From the human T2T-CHM13v2.0 reference genome, Homo sapiens: DNA of 64,000 nt. The stretch lies in the NCBI RefSeq assembly GCF_009914755.1, contig NC_060925.1; one strand, given 5' to 3'. The notes beneath the pieces are model-generated. The model did no database searches. It saw only the letters and a program-made list of their open reading frames with translations, and was not told the origin of the DNA. This document shows positions 1 through 12,900 of this stretch, piece by piece. The position numbers were made by a program, and so were the translations under genes. How positions within the stretch are numbered: position 1 is the stretch's first letter; each line of letters begins with the position of its first letter.

Positions 1-2005
1 ATGGAATGGAATAATCCATGGACTCGAATGCAATCATCATCGAATGGAATCGAATGGAATCATCGAATGGACTCGAATGAAATAATCATTGAACGGAATC
101 GAATGGAATCATCATCGGATGGAAACGAATGGAATCATCATCGAATGGAAATGAAAGGAGTCATCATCTAATGGAATTGCATGGAATCATCATAAAATGG
201 AATCGAATGGAATCAACATCAAATGGAATCAAATGGAATCATTGAACGGAATTGAATGGAATCGTCATCGAATAAATTGAATGCAATCATCGAATGGTCT
301 CGAATGGAATCATCTTCAAATGGAATGGAATGGAATCATCGCATAGAATCGAATGGAATTATCATCGAATGGAATCGAATGGAATCAACATCAAACGGAA
401 AAAAACGGAATTATCGAATGGAATCGAAGAGAATCATCGAATGGACCCGAATGGAATCATCTAATGGAATGGAATGGAATAATCCATGGACTCGAATGCA
501 ATCATCATCGAATGGAATCGAATGGAATCATCGAATGGACTCGAATGGAATAATCATTGAACGGAATCGAATGGAATCATCATCGGATGGAAATGAAAGG
601 AGTCATCATCTAATGGAATTGCATGGAATCATCATAAAATGGAATCGAATGGAATCAACATCAAATGGAATCAAATGGAATCATTGAACGGAATTGAATG
701 GAATCGTCATCGAATGAATTGAATGCAATCATCGAATGGTCTCGAATGGAATCACCTTCAAATGGAATGGAATGGAATCATCGCATAGAATCGAATGGAA
801 TTATCATCGAATGGAATCGAATGGAATCAACATCAAACGGAAAAAAACGGAATTATCGAATGGAATCGAAGAGAATCATCGAATGGACCCGAATGGAATC
901 ATCTAATGGAATGGAATGGAATAATCCATGGACTCGAATGCAATCATCATCGAATGGAATCGAATGGAATCATCCAATGGACTCGAATGGAATAATCATT
1001 GAACGGAATCGAATGGAATCATCATCGGATGGAAATGAATGGAATCATCATCGAATGGAATCGAATAGAATTATGGAATGAAATCCAGTGTGATCATCAT
1101 CGAATGGACCCGAATGGAATCATCATCCAACGGATGCTAATGGAATCAACATCGAATGAATCAAATGGAAACACCATCGAATTGAAACGAATGGAATTAC
1201 CATGAAATTGAAATGGATGGACTCATCATCGAATGGATTTGAAAGGAATCATCGAATAAAATTGATTGAAATCATCATCGAATGGAATCGAATGGTATCA
1301 TTGAATGGAATCGAATGGAATCATCATCAGATGGAAATGAATGGAATCGTCATAGAATGGAATCGAATGGATTCATTGAATGGAATCAGATGGAATCATC
1401 GAATGGACTGGAATGGAATCATTGAATGGACTCGAAAGAGATCATGATTGAATGGAATTGAATGGAATCATCGAATGGTCTCGATTGGAATCATTATCAA
1501 ATGGAATCGAATGGAATCACCGAATAGAATCGAATGGAACAATCATCGAATGGACTCAAATGGAATTATCCTCCAATGGAATCGAATGGAATTATCGAAT
1601 GCAATCGAATGGAATTATCGAATGCAAACGAATAGAATCATCGAATGGACTCGAATGGAATCATCGAATGGAATGGAATGGAACAGTCAATGAACTCGAA
1701 TGGAATCATCATTGAATGGAATCGAATGGAATCATCGAGTGGAATCGAATGGAATTATGATCAAATGGAATCGAATGTAATCATCATCAAATGGAATCAA
1801 AAATAACCATCATCAATTGGTATTGAATGGAATTGTCATCAAATGGAATTCAAAGGAAACATCATCAAATGGAACCGAATGGAATCCTCATTGAATGGAA
1901 ATGAAAGGGGTCATCATCTAATGGAATCGCATGGAATCATCATCAAATGGAATCGAATGGAATCATCATGAAATGGAATCTAATGGAATCATTGAACAGA
2001 ATTGA

Positions 2006-2473
2006 ATGGAATCGTCATCGAATGAATTGAATGCAATCATCGAATGGTCTCGAATGGAACCATCTTCTAATGGAAAGGAATGGAATCATCGCATAGAATC
2101 GAATGGAATTATCATCGAATGGAATCGAATGGTATCAACACCAAACGGAAAAAAACGGAATTATCGAATGGAATCGAAGAGAATCTTCGAACGGACCCGA
2201 ATGGAATCATCTAATGGAATGGAATGGAATAATCCATGGACTCGAATGCAATCATCATCGAATGGAATCGAATGGAATCATCGAATGGACTCGAATGGAA
2301 TAATCATTGAACGGAATCGAATGGAATCATCATCGGATGGAAACGAATGGAATCATCATCGAATGGAAATGAAAGGAGTCATCATCTAATGGAATTGCAT
2401 GGAATCATCATAAAATGGAATCGAATGGAATCAACATCAAATGGAATCAAATGGAATCATTGAACGGAATTGA
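2006..2473 (+). repeat. Module A (468 bp), representative copy
   Basis: Head ATGGAATCGTCATCGAATGAATTGAATGC carrying A-type markers GAACCATCTTCTAATGGAAAGG, GGTATCAACACC and TCTTCGAACGG. Tail GGAAACGAATGG...GAAATGAAAGGAGTC. Other copies start at 4224, 6442, 9968, 12186, 14404, 16622, 18840, 21058, 23276, 25052, 32078, 34296, 36514, 43539, 54309, 56085, 57861 and 63381. Confidence 0.92.
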
Positions 2474-2915
2474 ATGGAATCGTCATCGAATGAATTGAAT
2501 GCAATCATCGAATGGTCTCGAATGGAATCATCTTCAAATGGAATGGAATGGAATCATCGCATAGAATCGAATGAAATTATCATCGAATGGAATCGAATGG
2601 AATCAACATCAAACGGAAAAAAACGGAATTATCGAATGGAATCGAAGAGAATCATCGAATGGACCCGAATGGAATCATCTAATGGAATGGAATGGAATAA
2701 TCCATGGACTCGAATGCAATCATCATCGAATGGAATCGAATGGAATCATCGAATGGACTCGAATGGAATAATCATTGAACGGAATCGAATGGAATCATCA
2801 TCGGATGGAAATGAAAGGAGTCATCATCTAATGGAATTGCATGGAATCATCATAAAATGGAATCGAATGGAATCAACATCAAATGGAATCAAATGGAATC
2901 ATTGAACGGAATTGA
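2474..2915 (+). repeat. Module B (442 bp): C-type head joined to A-type tail, representative copy
   Basis: Head has C-type markers (TCTTCAAATGGAATGG, GGAATCAACATC) and continues GGATGGAAATGAAAGGAGTC. Copies start at 256, 2474, 4692, 10436, 12654, 14872, 17090, 19308, 21526, 32546, 34764, 44007 and 58329. Confidence 0.92.
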
Positions 2916-4223
2916 ATGGAATCGTCATCGAATGAATTGAATGCAATCATCGAATGGTCTCGAATGGAATCATCTTCAAACGGAATGGAATGGAATCATC
3001 GCATAGAATCGAATGGAATTATCATCGAATGGAATCGAATGGAATCAACATCAAACGGAAAAAAACGGAATTATCGAATGGAATCGAAGAGAATCATCGA
3101 ATGGACCCGAATGGAATCATCTAATGGAATGGAATGGAATAATCCATGGACTCGAATGCAATCATCATCGAATGGAATCGAATGGAATCATCCAATGGAC
3201 TCGAATGGAATAATCATTGAACGGAATCGAATGGAATCATCATCGGATGGAAATGAATGGAATCATCATCGAATGGAATCGAATAGAATTATGGAATGAA
3301 ATCCAGTGTGATCATCATCGAATGGACCCGAATGGAATCATCATCCAACGGATGCTAATGGAATCAACATCGAATGAATCAAATGGAAACACCATCGAAT
3401 TGAAACGAATGGAATTACCATGAAATTGAAATGGATGGACTCATCATCGAATGGATTTGAAAGGAATCATCGAATAAAATTGATTGAAATCATCATCGAA
3501 TGGAATCGAATGGTATCATTGAATGGAATCGAATGGAATCATCATCAGATGGAAATGAATGGAATCGTCATAGAATGGAATCGAATGGATTCATTGAATG
3601 GAATCAGATGGAATCATCGAATGGACTGGAATGGAATCATTGAATGGACTCGAAAGACATCATGATTGAATGGAATTGAATGGAATCATCGAATGGTCTC
3701 GATTGGAATCATTATCAAATGGAATCGAATGGAATCACCGAATAGAATCGAATGGAACAATCATCGAATGGACTCAAATGGAATTATCCTCCAATGGAAT
3801 CGAATGGAATTATCGAATGCAATCGAATGGAATTATCGAAAGCAAACGAATAGAATCATCGAATGGACTCGAATGGAATCATCGAATGGAATGGAATGGA
3901 ACAGTCAATGAACTCGAATGGAATCATCATTGAATGGAATCTAATGGAATCATCGAGTGGAATCGAATGGAATTATGATCAAATGGAATCGAATGTAATC
4001 ATCATCAAATGGAATCAAAAATAACCATCATCAATTGGTATTGAATGGAATTGTCATCAAATGGAATTCAAAGGAAACATCATCAAATGGAACCGAATGG
4101 AATCCTCATTGAATGGAAATGAAAGGGGTCATCATCTAATGGAATCGCATGGAATCATCATCAAATGGAATCGAATGGAATCATCATGAAATGGAATCTA
4201 ATGGAATCATTGAACAGAATTGA
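2916..4223 (+). repeat. Module C (1308 bp), representative copy
   Basis: Shared head followed by C-specific landmarks GAAATCCAGTGTGATC, CCAACGGATGCTAATGG, AAAATAACCATCATCAATTGG, the EcoRI site and GAAAGGGGTC. Present once in every unit except the two A'D units. Confidence 0.92.
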
Positions 4224-6441
4224 ATGGAATCGTCATCGAATGAATTGAATGCAATCATCGAATGGTCTCGAATGGAACCATCTTCTAATGGAAAGGAATG
4301 GAATCATCGCATAGAATCGAATGGAATTATCATCGAATGGAATCGAATGGTATCAACACCAAACGGAAAAAAACGGAATTATCGAATGGAATCGAAGAGA
4401 ATCTTCGAACGGACCCGAATGGAATCATCTAATGGAATGGAATGGAATAATCCATGGACTCGAATGCAATCATCATCGAATGGAATCGAATGGAATCATC
4501 GAATGGACTCGAATGGAATAATCATTGAACGGAATCGAATGGAATCATCATCGGATGGAAACGAATGGAATCATCATCGAATGGAAATGAAAGGAGTCAT
4601 CATCTAATGGAATTGCATGGAATCATCATAAAATGGAATCGAATGGAATCAACATCAAATGGAATCAAATGGAATCATTGAACGGAATTGAATGGAATCG
4701 TCATCGAATGAATTGACTGCAATCATCGAATGGTCTCGAATGGAATCATCTTCAAATGGAATGGAATGGAATCATCGCATAGAATCGAATGGAATTATCA
4801 TCGAATGGAATCGAATGGAATCAACATCAAACGGAAAAAAACGGAATTATCGAATGGAATCGAAGAGAATCATCGAATGGACCCGAATGGAATCATCTAA
4901 TGGAATGGAATGGAATAATCCATGGACTCGAATGCAATCATCATCGAATGGAATCGAATGGAATCATCGAATGGACTCGAATGGAATAATCATTGAACGG
5001 AATCGAATGGAATCATCATCGGATGGAAATGAAAGGAGTCATCATCTAATGGAATTGCATGGAATCATCATAAAATGGAATCGAATGGAATCAACATCAA
5101 ATGGAATCAAATGGAATCATTGAACGGAATTGAATGGAATCGTCATCGAATGAATTGAATGCAATCATCGAATGGTCTCGAATGGAATCATCTTCAAATG
5201 GAACGGAATGGAATCATCGCATAGAATCGAATGGAATTATCATCGAATGGAATCGAATGGAATCAACATCAAACGGAAAAAAACGGAATTATCGAATGGA
5301 ATCGAAGAGAATCATCGAATGGACCCGAATGGAATCATCTAATGGAATGGAATGGAATAATCCATGGACTCGAATGCAATCATCATCGAATGGAATCAAA
5401 TGGAATCATCGAATGGACTCGAATGGAATAATCATTGAACGGAATCGAATGGAATCATCATCGGATGGAAATGAATGGAATCATCATCGAATGGAATCGA
5501 ATAGAATTATGGAATGAAATCCAGTGTGATCATCATCGAATGGACCCGAATGGAATCATCATCCAACGGATGCTAATGGAATCAACATCGAATGAATCAA
5601 ATGGAAACACCATCGAATTGAAACGAATGGAATTACCATGAAATTGAAATGGATGGACTCATCATCGAATGTATTCGAAAGGAATCATCGAATAAAATTG
5701 ATTGAAATCATCATCGAATGGAATCGAATGGTATCATTGAATGGAATCGAATGGAATCATCATCAGATGGAAATGAATGGAATCGTCATAGAATGGAATC
5801 GAATGGATTCATTGAATGGAATCAGATGGAATCATCGAATGGACTGGAATGGAATCATTGAATGGACTCGAAAGAGATCATGATTGAATGGAATTGAATG
5901 GAATCATCGAATGGTCTCGATTTGAATCATTATCAAATGGAATCGAATGGAATCACCGAATAGAATCGAATGGAACAATCATCGAATGGACTCAAATGGA
6001 ATTATCCTCCAATGGAATCGAATGGAATTATCGAATGCAATCGAATGGAATTATCGAATGCAATCGAATAGAATCATCGAATGGACTCGAATGGAATCAT
6101 CGAATGGAATGGAATGGAACAGTCAATGAACTCGAATGGAATCATCATTGAATGGAATCGAATGGAATCATCGAGTGGAATCGAATGGAATTATGATCAA
6201 ATGGAATCGAATGTAATCATCATCAAATGGAATCAAAAATAACCATCATCAATTGGTATTGAATGGAATTGTCATCAAATGGAATTCAAAGGAAACATCA
6301 TCAAATGGAACCGAATGGAATCCTCATTGAATGGAAATGAAAGGGGTCATCATCTAATGGAATCGCATGGAATCATCATCAAATGGAATCGAATGGAATC
6401 ATCATCAAATGAAATCTAATGGAATCATTGAACAGAATTGA

Positions 6442-9400
6442 ATGGAATCGTCATCGAATGAATTGAATGCAATCATCGAATGGTCTCGAATGGAACCATC
6501 TTCTAATGGAAAGGAATGGAATCATCGCATAGAATCGAATGGAATTGTCATCGAATGGAATCGAATGGTATCAACACCAAACGGAAAAAAACGGAATTAT
6601 CGAATGGAATCGAAGAGAATCTTCGAACGGACCCGAATGGAATCATCTAATGGAATGGAATGGAATAATCCATGGACTCGAATGCAATCATCATCGAATG
6701 GAATCGAATGGAATCATCGAATGGACTCGAATGAAATAATCATTGAACGGAATCGAATGGAATCATCATCGGATGGAAACGAATGGAATCATCATCGAAT
6801 GGAAATGAAAGGAGTCATCATCTAATGGAATTGCATGGAATCATCATAAAATGGAATCGAATGGAATCAACATCAAATGGAATCAAATGGAATCATTGAA
6901 CGGAATTGAATGGAATCGTCATCGAATGAATTGAATGCAATCATCGAATGGTCTCGAATGGAATCATCTTCAAATGGAATGGAATGGAATCATCGCATAG
7001 AATCGAATGGAATTATCATCGAATGGAATCGAATGGAATCAACATCAAACGGAAAAAAACGGAATTATCGAATGGAATCGAAGAGAATCATCGAATGGAC
7101 CCGAATGGAATCATCTAATGGAATGGAATGGAATAATCCATGGACTCGAATGCAATCATCATCGAATGGAATCGAATGGAATCATCCAATGGACTCGAAT
7201 GGAATAATCATTGAACGGAATCGAATGGAATCATCATCGTATGGAAATGAATGGAATCATCATCGAATGGAATCGAATAGAATTATGGAATGAAATCCAG
7301 TGTGATCATCATCGAATGGACCCGAATGGAATCATCATCCAACGGATGCTAATGGAATCAACATCGAATGAATCAAATGGAAACACCATCGAATTGAAAC
7401 GAATGGAATTACCATGAAATTGAAATGGATGGACTCATCATCGAATGGATTTGAAAGGAATCATCGAATAAAATTGATTGAAATCATCATCGAATGGAAT
7501 CGAATGGTATCATTGAATGGAATCGAATGGAATCATCATCAGATGGAAATGAATGGAATCGTCATAGAATGGAATCGAATGGATTCATTGAATGGAATCA
7601 GATGGAATCATCGAATGGACTGGAATGGAATCATTGAATGGACTCGAAAGAGATCATGATTGAATGGAATTGAATGGAATCATCGAATGGTCTCGATTGG
7701 AATCATTATCAAATGGAATCGAATGGAATCACCGAATAGAATCGAATGGAACAATCATCGAATGGACTCAAATGGAATTATCCTCCAATGGAATCGAATG
7801 GAATTATCGAATGCAATCGAATGGAATTATCGAATGCAATCGAATAGAATCATCGAATGGACTCGAATGGAATCATCGAATGGAATGGAATGGAACAGTC
7901 AATGAACTCGAATGGAATCATCATTGAATGGAATCGAATGGAATCATCGAGTGGAATCGAATGGAATTATGATCAAATGGAATCGAATGTAATCATCATC
8001 AAATGGAATCAAAAATAACCATCATCAATTGGTATTGAATGGAATTGTCATCAAATGGAATTCAAAGGAAACATCATCAAATGGAACCGAATGGAATCCT
8101 CATTGAATGGAAATGAAAGGGGTCATCATCTAATGGAATCGCATGGAATCATCATCAAATGGAATCGAATGGAATCATCATGAAATGGAATCTAATGGAA
8201 TCATTGAACAGAATTGAATGGAATCGTCATCGAATGAATTGAATGCAATCATCGAATGGTCTCGAATGGAACCATCTTCTAATGGAAAGGAATGGAATCA
8301 TCGCATAGAATCGAATGGAATTATCATCGAATGGAATCGAATGGTATCAACACCAAACGGAAAAAAACGGAATTATCGAATGGAATCGAAGAGAATCTTC
8401 GAACGGACCCGAATGGAATCATCTAATGGAATGGAATGGAATAATCCATGGACTCGAATGCAATGATCATCGAATGGAATCGAATGGAATCATCGAATGG
8501 ACTCGAATGAAATAATCATTGAACGGAATCGAATGGAATCATCATCGGATGGAAATGAAAGGAGTCATCATCTAATGGAATTGCATGGAATCATCATAAA
8601 ATGGAATCGAATGGAATCAACATCAAATGGAATCAAATGGAATCATTGAACGGAATTGAATGGAATCGTCATCGAATGAATTGAATGCAATCATCGAATG
8701 GTCTCGAATGGAATCATCTTCAAATGGAATGGAATGGAATCATCGCATAGAATCGAATGGAATTATCATCGAATGGAATCGAATGGAATCAACATCAAAC
8801 GGAAAAAAACGGAATTATCGAATGGAATCGAAGAGAATCATCGAATGGACCCGAATGGAATCATCTAATGGAATGGAATGGAATAATCCATGGACTCGAA
8901 TGCAATCATCATCGAATGGAATCGAATGGAATCATCCAATGGACTCGAATGGAATAATCATTGAACGGAATCGAATGGAATCAACATCGGATGGAAATGA
9001 ATGGAATCATCATCGAATGGAATCGAATAGAATTATGGAATGAAATCCAGTGTGATCATCATCGAATGGACCCGAATGGAATCATCATCCAACGGATGCT
9101 AATGGAATCAACATCGAATGAATCAAATGGAAACACCATCGAATTGAAACGAATGGAATTACCATGAAATTGAAATGGATGGACTCATCATCGAATGGAT
9201 TTGAAAGGAATCATCGAATAAAATTGATTGAAATCATCATCGAATGGAATCGAATGGTATCATTGAATGGAATCGAATGGAATCATCATCAGATGGAAAT
9301 GAATGGAATCGTCATAGAATGGAATCGAATGGAATCATTGAATGGAATCAGATGGAATCATCGAATGGACTGGAATGGAATCATTGAATGGACTCGAAAG

Positions 9401-9967
9401 AGATCATGATTGAATGGAATTGAATGGAATCATCGAATGGTCTCGATTGGAATCATTATCAAATGGAATCGAATGGAATCACCGAATAGAATCGAATGGA
9501 ACAATCATCGAATGGACTCAAATGGAATTATCCTCCAATGGAATCGAATGGAATTATCGAATGCAATCGAATGGAATTATCGAATGCAATCGAATAGAAT
9601 CATCGAATGGACTCGAATGGAATCATCGAATGGAATGGAATGGAACAGTCAATGAACTCGAATGGAATCATCATTGAATGGAATCGAATGGAATCATCGA
9701 GTGGAATCGAATGGAATTATGATCAAATGGAATCGAATGTAATCATCATCAAATGGAATCAAAAATAACCATCATCAATTGGTATTGAATGGAATTGTCA
9801 TCAAATGGAATTCAAAGGAAACATCATCAAATGGAACCGAATGGAATCCTCATTGAATGGAAATGAAAGGGGTCATCATCTAATGGAATCGCATGGAATC
9901 ATCATCAAATGGAATCGAATGGAATCATCATCAAATGGAATCTAATGGAATCATTGAACAGAATTGA
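6442..9967 (+). repeat. One 1776 bp AC unit followed by one 1750 bp A'C unit
   Basis: Unit starts at 6442, 8218 and 9968. Confidence 0.92.
8218..8659 (+). repeat. Module A' (442 bp): A-type head with B-type tail (26 bp shorter than A), representative copy
   Basis: A markers in the head but GGATGGAAATGAAAGGAGTC in the tail. Copies start at 8218, 26828, 28578, 30328, 38290, 40040, 41790, 45757, 47507, 49257, 51007, 52757, 60079 and 61829. Confidence 0.9.
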
Positions 9968-12900
9968 ATGGAATCGTCATCGAATGAATTGAATGCAATC
10001 ATCGAATGGTCTCGAATGGAACCATCTTCTAATGGAAAGGAATGGAATCATCGCATAGAATCGAATGGAATTATCATCGAATGGAATCGAATGGTATCAA
10101 CACCAAACGGAAAAAAACGGAATTATCGAATGGAATCGAAGAGAATCTTCGAACGGACCCGAATGGAATCATCTAATGGAATGGAATGGAATAATCCATG
10201 GACTCGAATGCAATCATCATCGAATGGAATCGAATGGAATCATCGAATGGACTCGAATGGAATAATCATTGAACGGAATCGAATGGAATCATCATCGGAT
10301 GGAAACGAATGGAATCATCATCGAATGGAAATGAAAGGAGTCATCATCTAATGGAATTGCATGGAATCATCATAAAATGGAATCGAATGGAATCAACATC
10401 AAATTGAATCAAATGGAATCATTGAACGGAATTGAATGGAATCGTCATCGAATAAATTGAATGCAATCATCGAATGGTCTCGAATGGAATCATCTTCAAA
10501 TGGAATGGAATGGAATCATCGCATAGAATCGAATGGAATTATCATCGAATGGAATCGAATGGAATCAACATCAAACGGAAAAAAACGGAATTATCGAATG
10601 GAATCGAAGAGAATCATCGAATGGAACCGAATGGAATCATCTAATGGAATGGAATGGAATAATCCATGGACTCGAATGCAATCATCATCGAATGGAATCG
10701 AATGGAATCATCGAATGGACTCGAATGGAATAATCATTGAACAGAATCGAATGGAATCATCATCGGATGGAAATGAAAGGAGTCATCATCTAATGGAATT
10801 GCATGGAATCATCATAAAATGGAATCGAATGGAATCAACATCAAATGGAATCAAATGGAATCATTGAACGGAATTGAATGGAATCGTCATCGAATGAATT
10901 GAATGCAATCATCGAATGGTCTCGAATGGAATCATCTTCAAATGGAATGGAATGGAATCATCGCATAGAATCGAATGGAATTATCATCGAATGGAATCGA
11001 ATGGAATCAACATCAAACGGAAAAAAACGGAATTATCGAATGGAATCGAAGAGAATCATCGAATGGACCCGAATGGAATCATCTAATGGAATGGAATGGA
11101 ATAATCCATGGACTCGAATGCAATCATCATCGAATGGAATCGAATGGAATCATCCAATGGACTCGAATGGAATAATCATTGAACGGAATCGAATGGAATC
11201 ATCATCGGATGGAAATGAATGGAATCATCATCGAATGGAATCGAATAGAATTATGGAATGAAATCCAGTGTGATCATCATCGAATGGACCCGAATGGAAT
11301 CATCATCCAACGGATGCTAATGGAATCAACATCGAATGAATCAAATGGAAACACCATCGAATTGAAACGAATGGAATTACCATGAAATTGAAATGGATGG
11401 ACTCATCATCGAATGGATTTGAAAGGAATCATCGAATAAAATTGATTGAAATCATCATCGAATGGAATCGAATGGTATCATTGAATGGAATCGAATGGAA
11501 TCATCATCAGATGGAAATGAATGGAATCGTCATAGAATGGAATCGAATGGATTCATTGAATGGAATCAGATGGAATCATCGAATGGACTGGAATGGAATC
11601 ATTGAATGGACTCGAAAGAGATCATGATTGAATGGAATTGAATGGAATCATCGAATGGTCTCGATTGGAATCATTATCAAATGGAATCGAATGGAATCAC
11701 CGAATAGAATCGAATGGAACAATCATCGAATGGACTCAAATGGAATTATCCTCCAATGGAATCGAATGGAATTATCGAATGCAATCGAATGGAATTATCG
11801 AATGCAAACGAATAGAATCATCGAATGGACTCGAATGGAATCATCGAATGGAATGGAATGGAACAGTCAATGAACTCGAATGGAATCATCATTGAATGGA
11901 ATCGAATGGAATCATCGAGTGGAATCGAATGGAATTATGATCAAATGGAATCGAATGTAATCATCATCAAATGGAATCAAAAATAACCATCATCAATTGG
12001 TATTGAATGGAATTGTCATCAAATGGAATTCAAAGGAAACATCATCAAATGGAACCGAATGGAATCCTCATTGAATGGAAATGAAAGGGGTCATCATCTA
12101 ATGGAATCGCATGGAATCATCATCAAATGGAATCGAATGGAATCATCATGAAATGGAATCTAATGGAATCATTGAACAGAATTGAATGGAATCGTCATCG
12201 AATGAATTGAATGCAATCATCGAATGGTCTCGAATGGAACCATCTTCTAATGGAAAGGAATGGAATCATCGCATAGAATCGAATGGAATTATCATCGAAT
12301 GGAATCGAATGGTATCAACACCAAACGGAAAAAAACGGAATTATCGAATGGAATCGAAGAGAATCTTCGAACGGACCCGAATGGAATCATCTAATGGAAT
12401 GGAATGGAATAATCCATGGACTCGAATGCAATCATCATCGAATGGAATCGAATGGAATCATCGAATGGACTCGAATGGAATAATCATTGAACGGAATCGA
12501 ATGGAATCATCATCGGATGGAAACGAATGGAATCATCATCGAATGGAAATGAAAGGAGTCATCATCTAATGGAATTGCATGGAATCATCATAAAATGGAA
12601 TCGAATGGAATCAACATCAAATGGAATCAAATGGAATCATTGAACGGAATTGAATGGAATCGTCATCGAATGAATTGACTGCAATCATCGAATGGTCTCG
12701 AATGGAATCATCTTCAAATGGAATGGAATGGAATCATCGCATAGAATCGAATGGAATTATCATCGAATGGAATCGAATGGAATCAACATCAAACGGAAAA
12801 AAACGGAATTATCGAATGGAATCGAAGAGAATCATCGAATGGACCCGAATGGAATCATCTAATGGAATGGAATGGAATAATCCATGGACTCGAATGCAAT

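Larger units (their letters stand above)
1..6441 (+). repeat. Run of 2218 bp ABC units (one partial and two complete)
   Basis: Module starts at 256/698, 2006/2474/2916 and 4224/4692/5134 show a 2218 bp spacing. Confidence 0.92.

Noticed and set aside
464-480. (GGAAT)n runs suggesting HSat3 or a non-B DNA structure
   Set aside because: Pure runs are only about three pentamers long. The CATCATCGA-rich context is HSat2, and there are no clustered G-tracts for a G-quadruplex.
1255-1260. AATAAA once per C module as a polyadenylation signal
   Set aside because: It is expected by chance in A-rich satellite, with no GU-rich downstream element or transcript evidence. HSATII transcription is known but cannot be located from sequence alone.
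1260-1275. TTGATTGAAATCA as a possible DUX4/homeodomain site
   Set aside because: It does not match the TAAYYYAATCA consensus on either strand, so binding cannot be claimed without ChIP data.
2006-2915. 468 = 18x26 and 442 = 17x26, suggesting a strict 26 bp lattice
   Set aside because: The modules mix 23-mers, 26-mers and irregular pieces. Only the 26 bp A versus A'/B difference is demonstrably one monomer.
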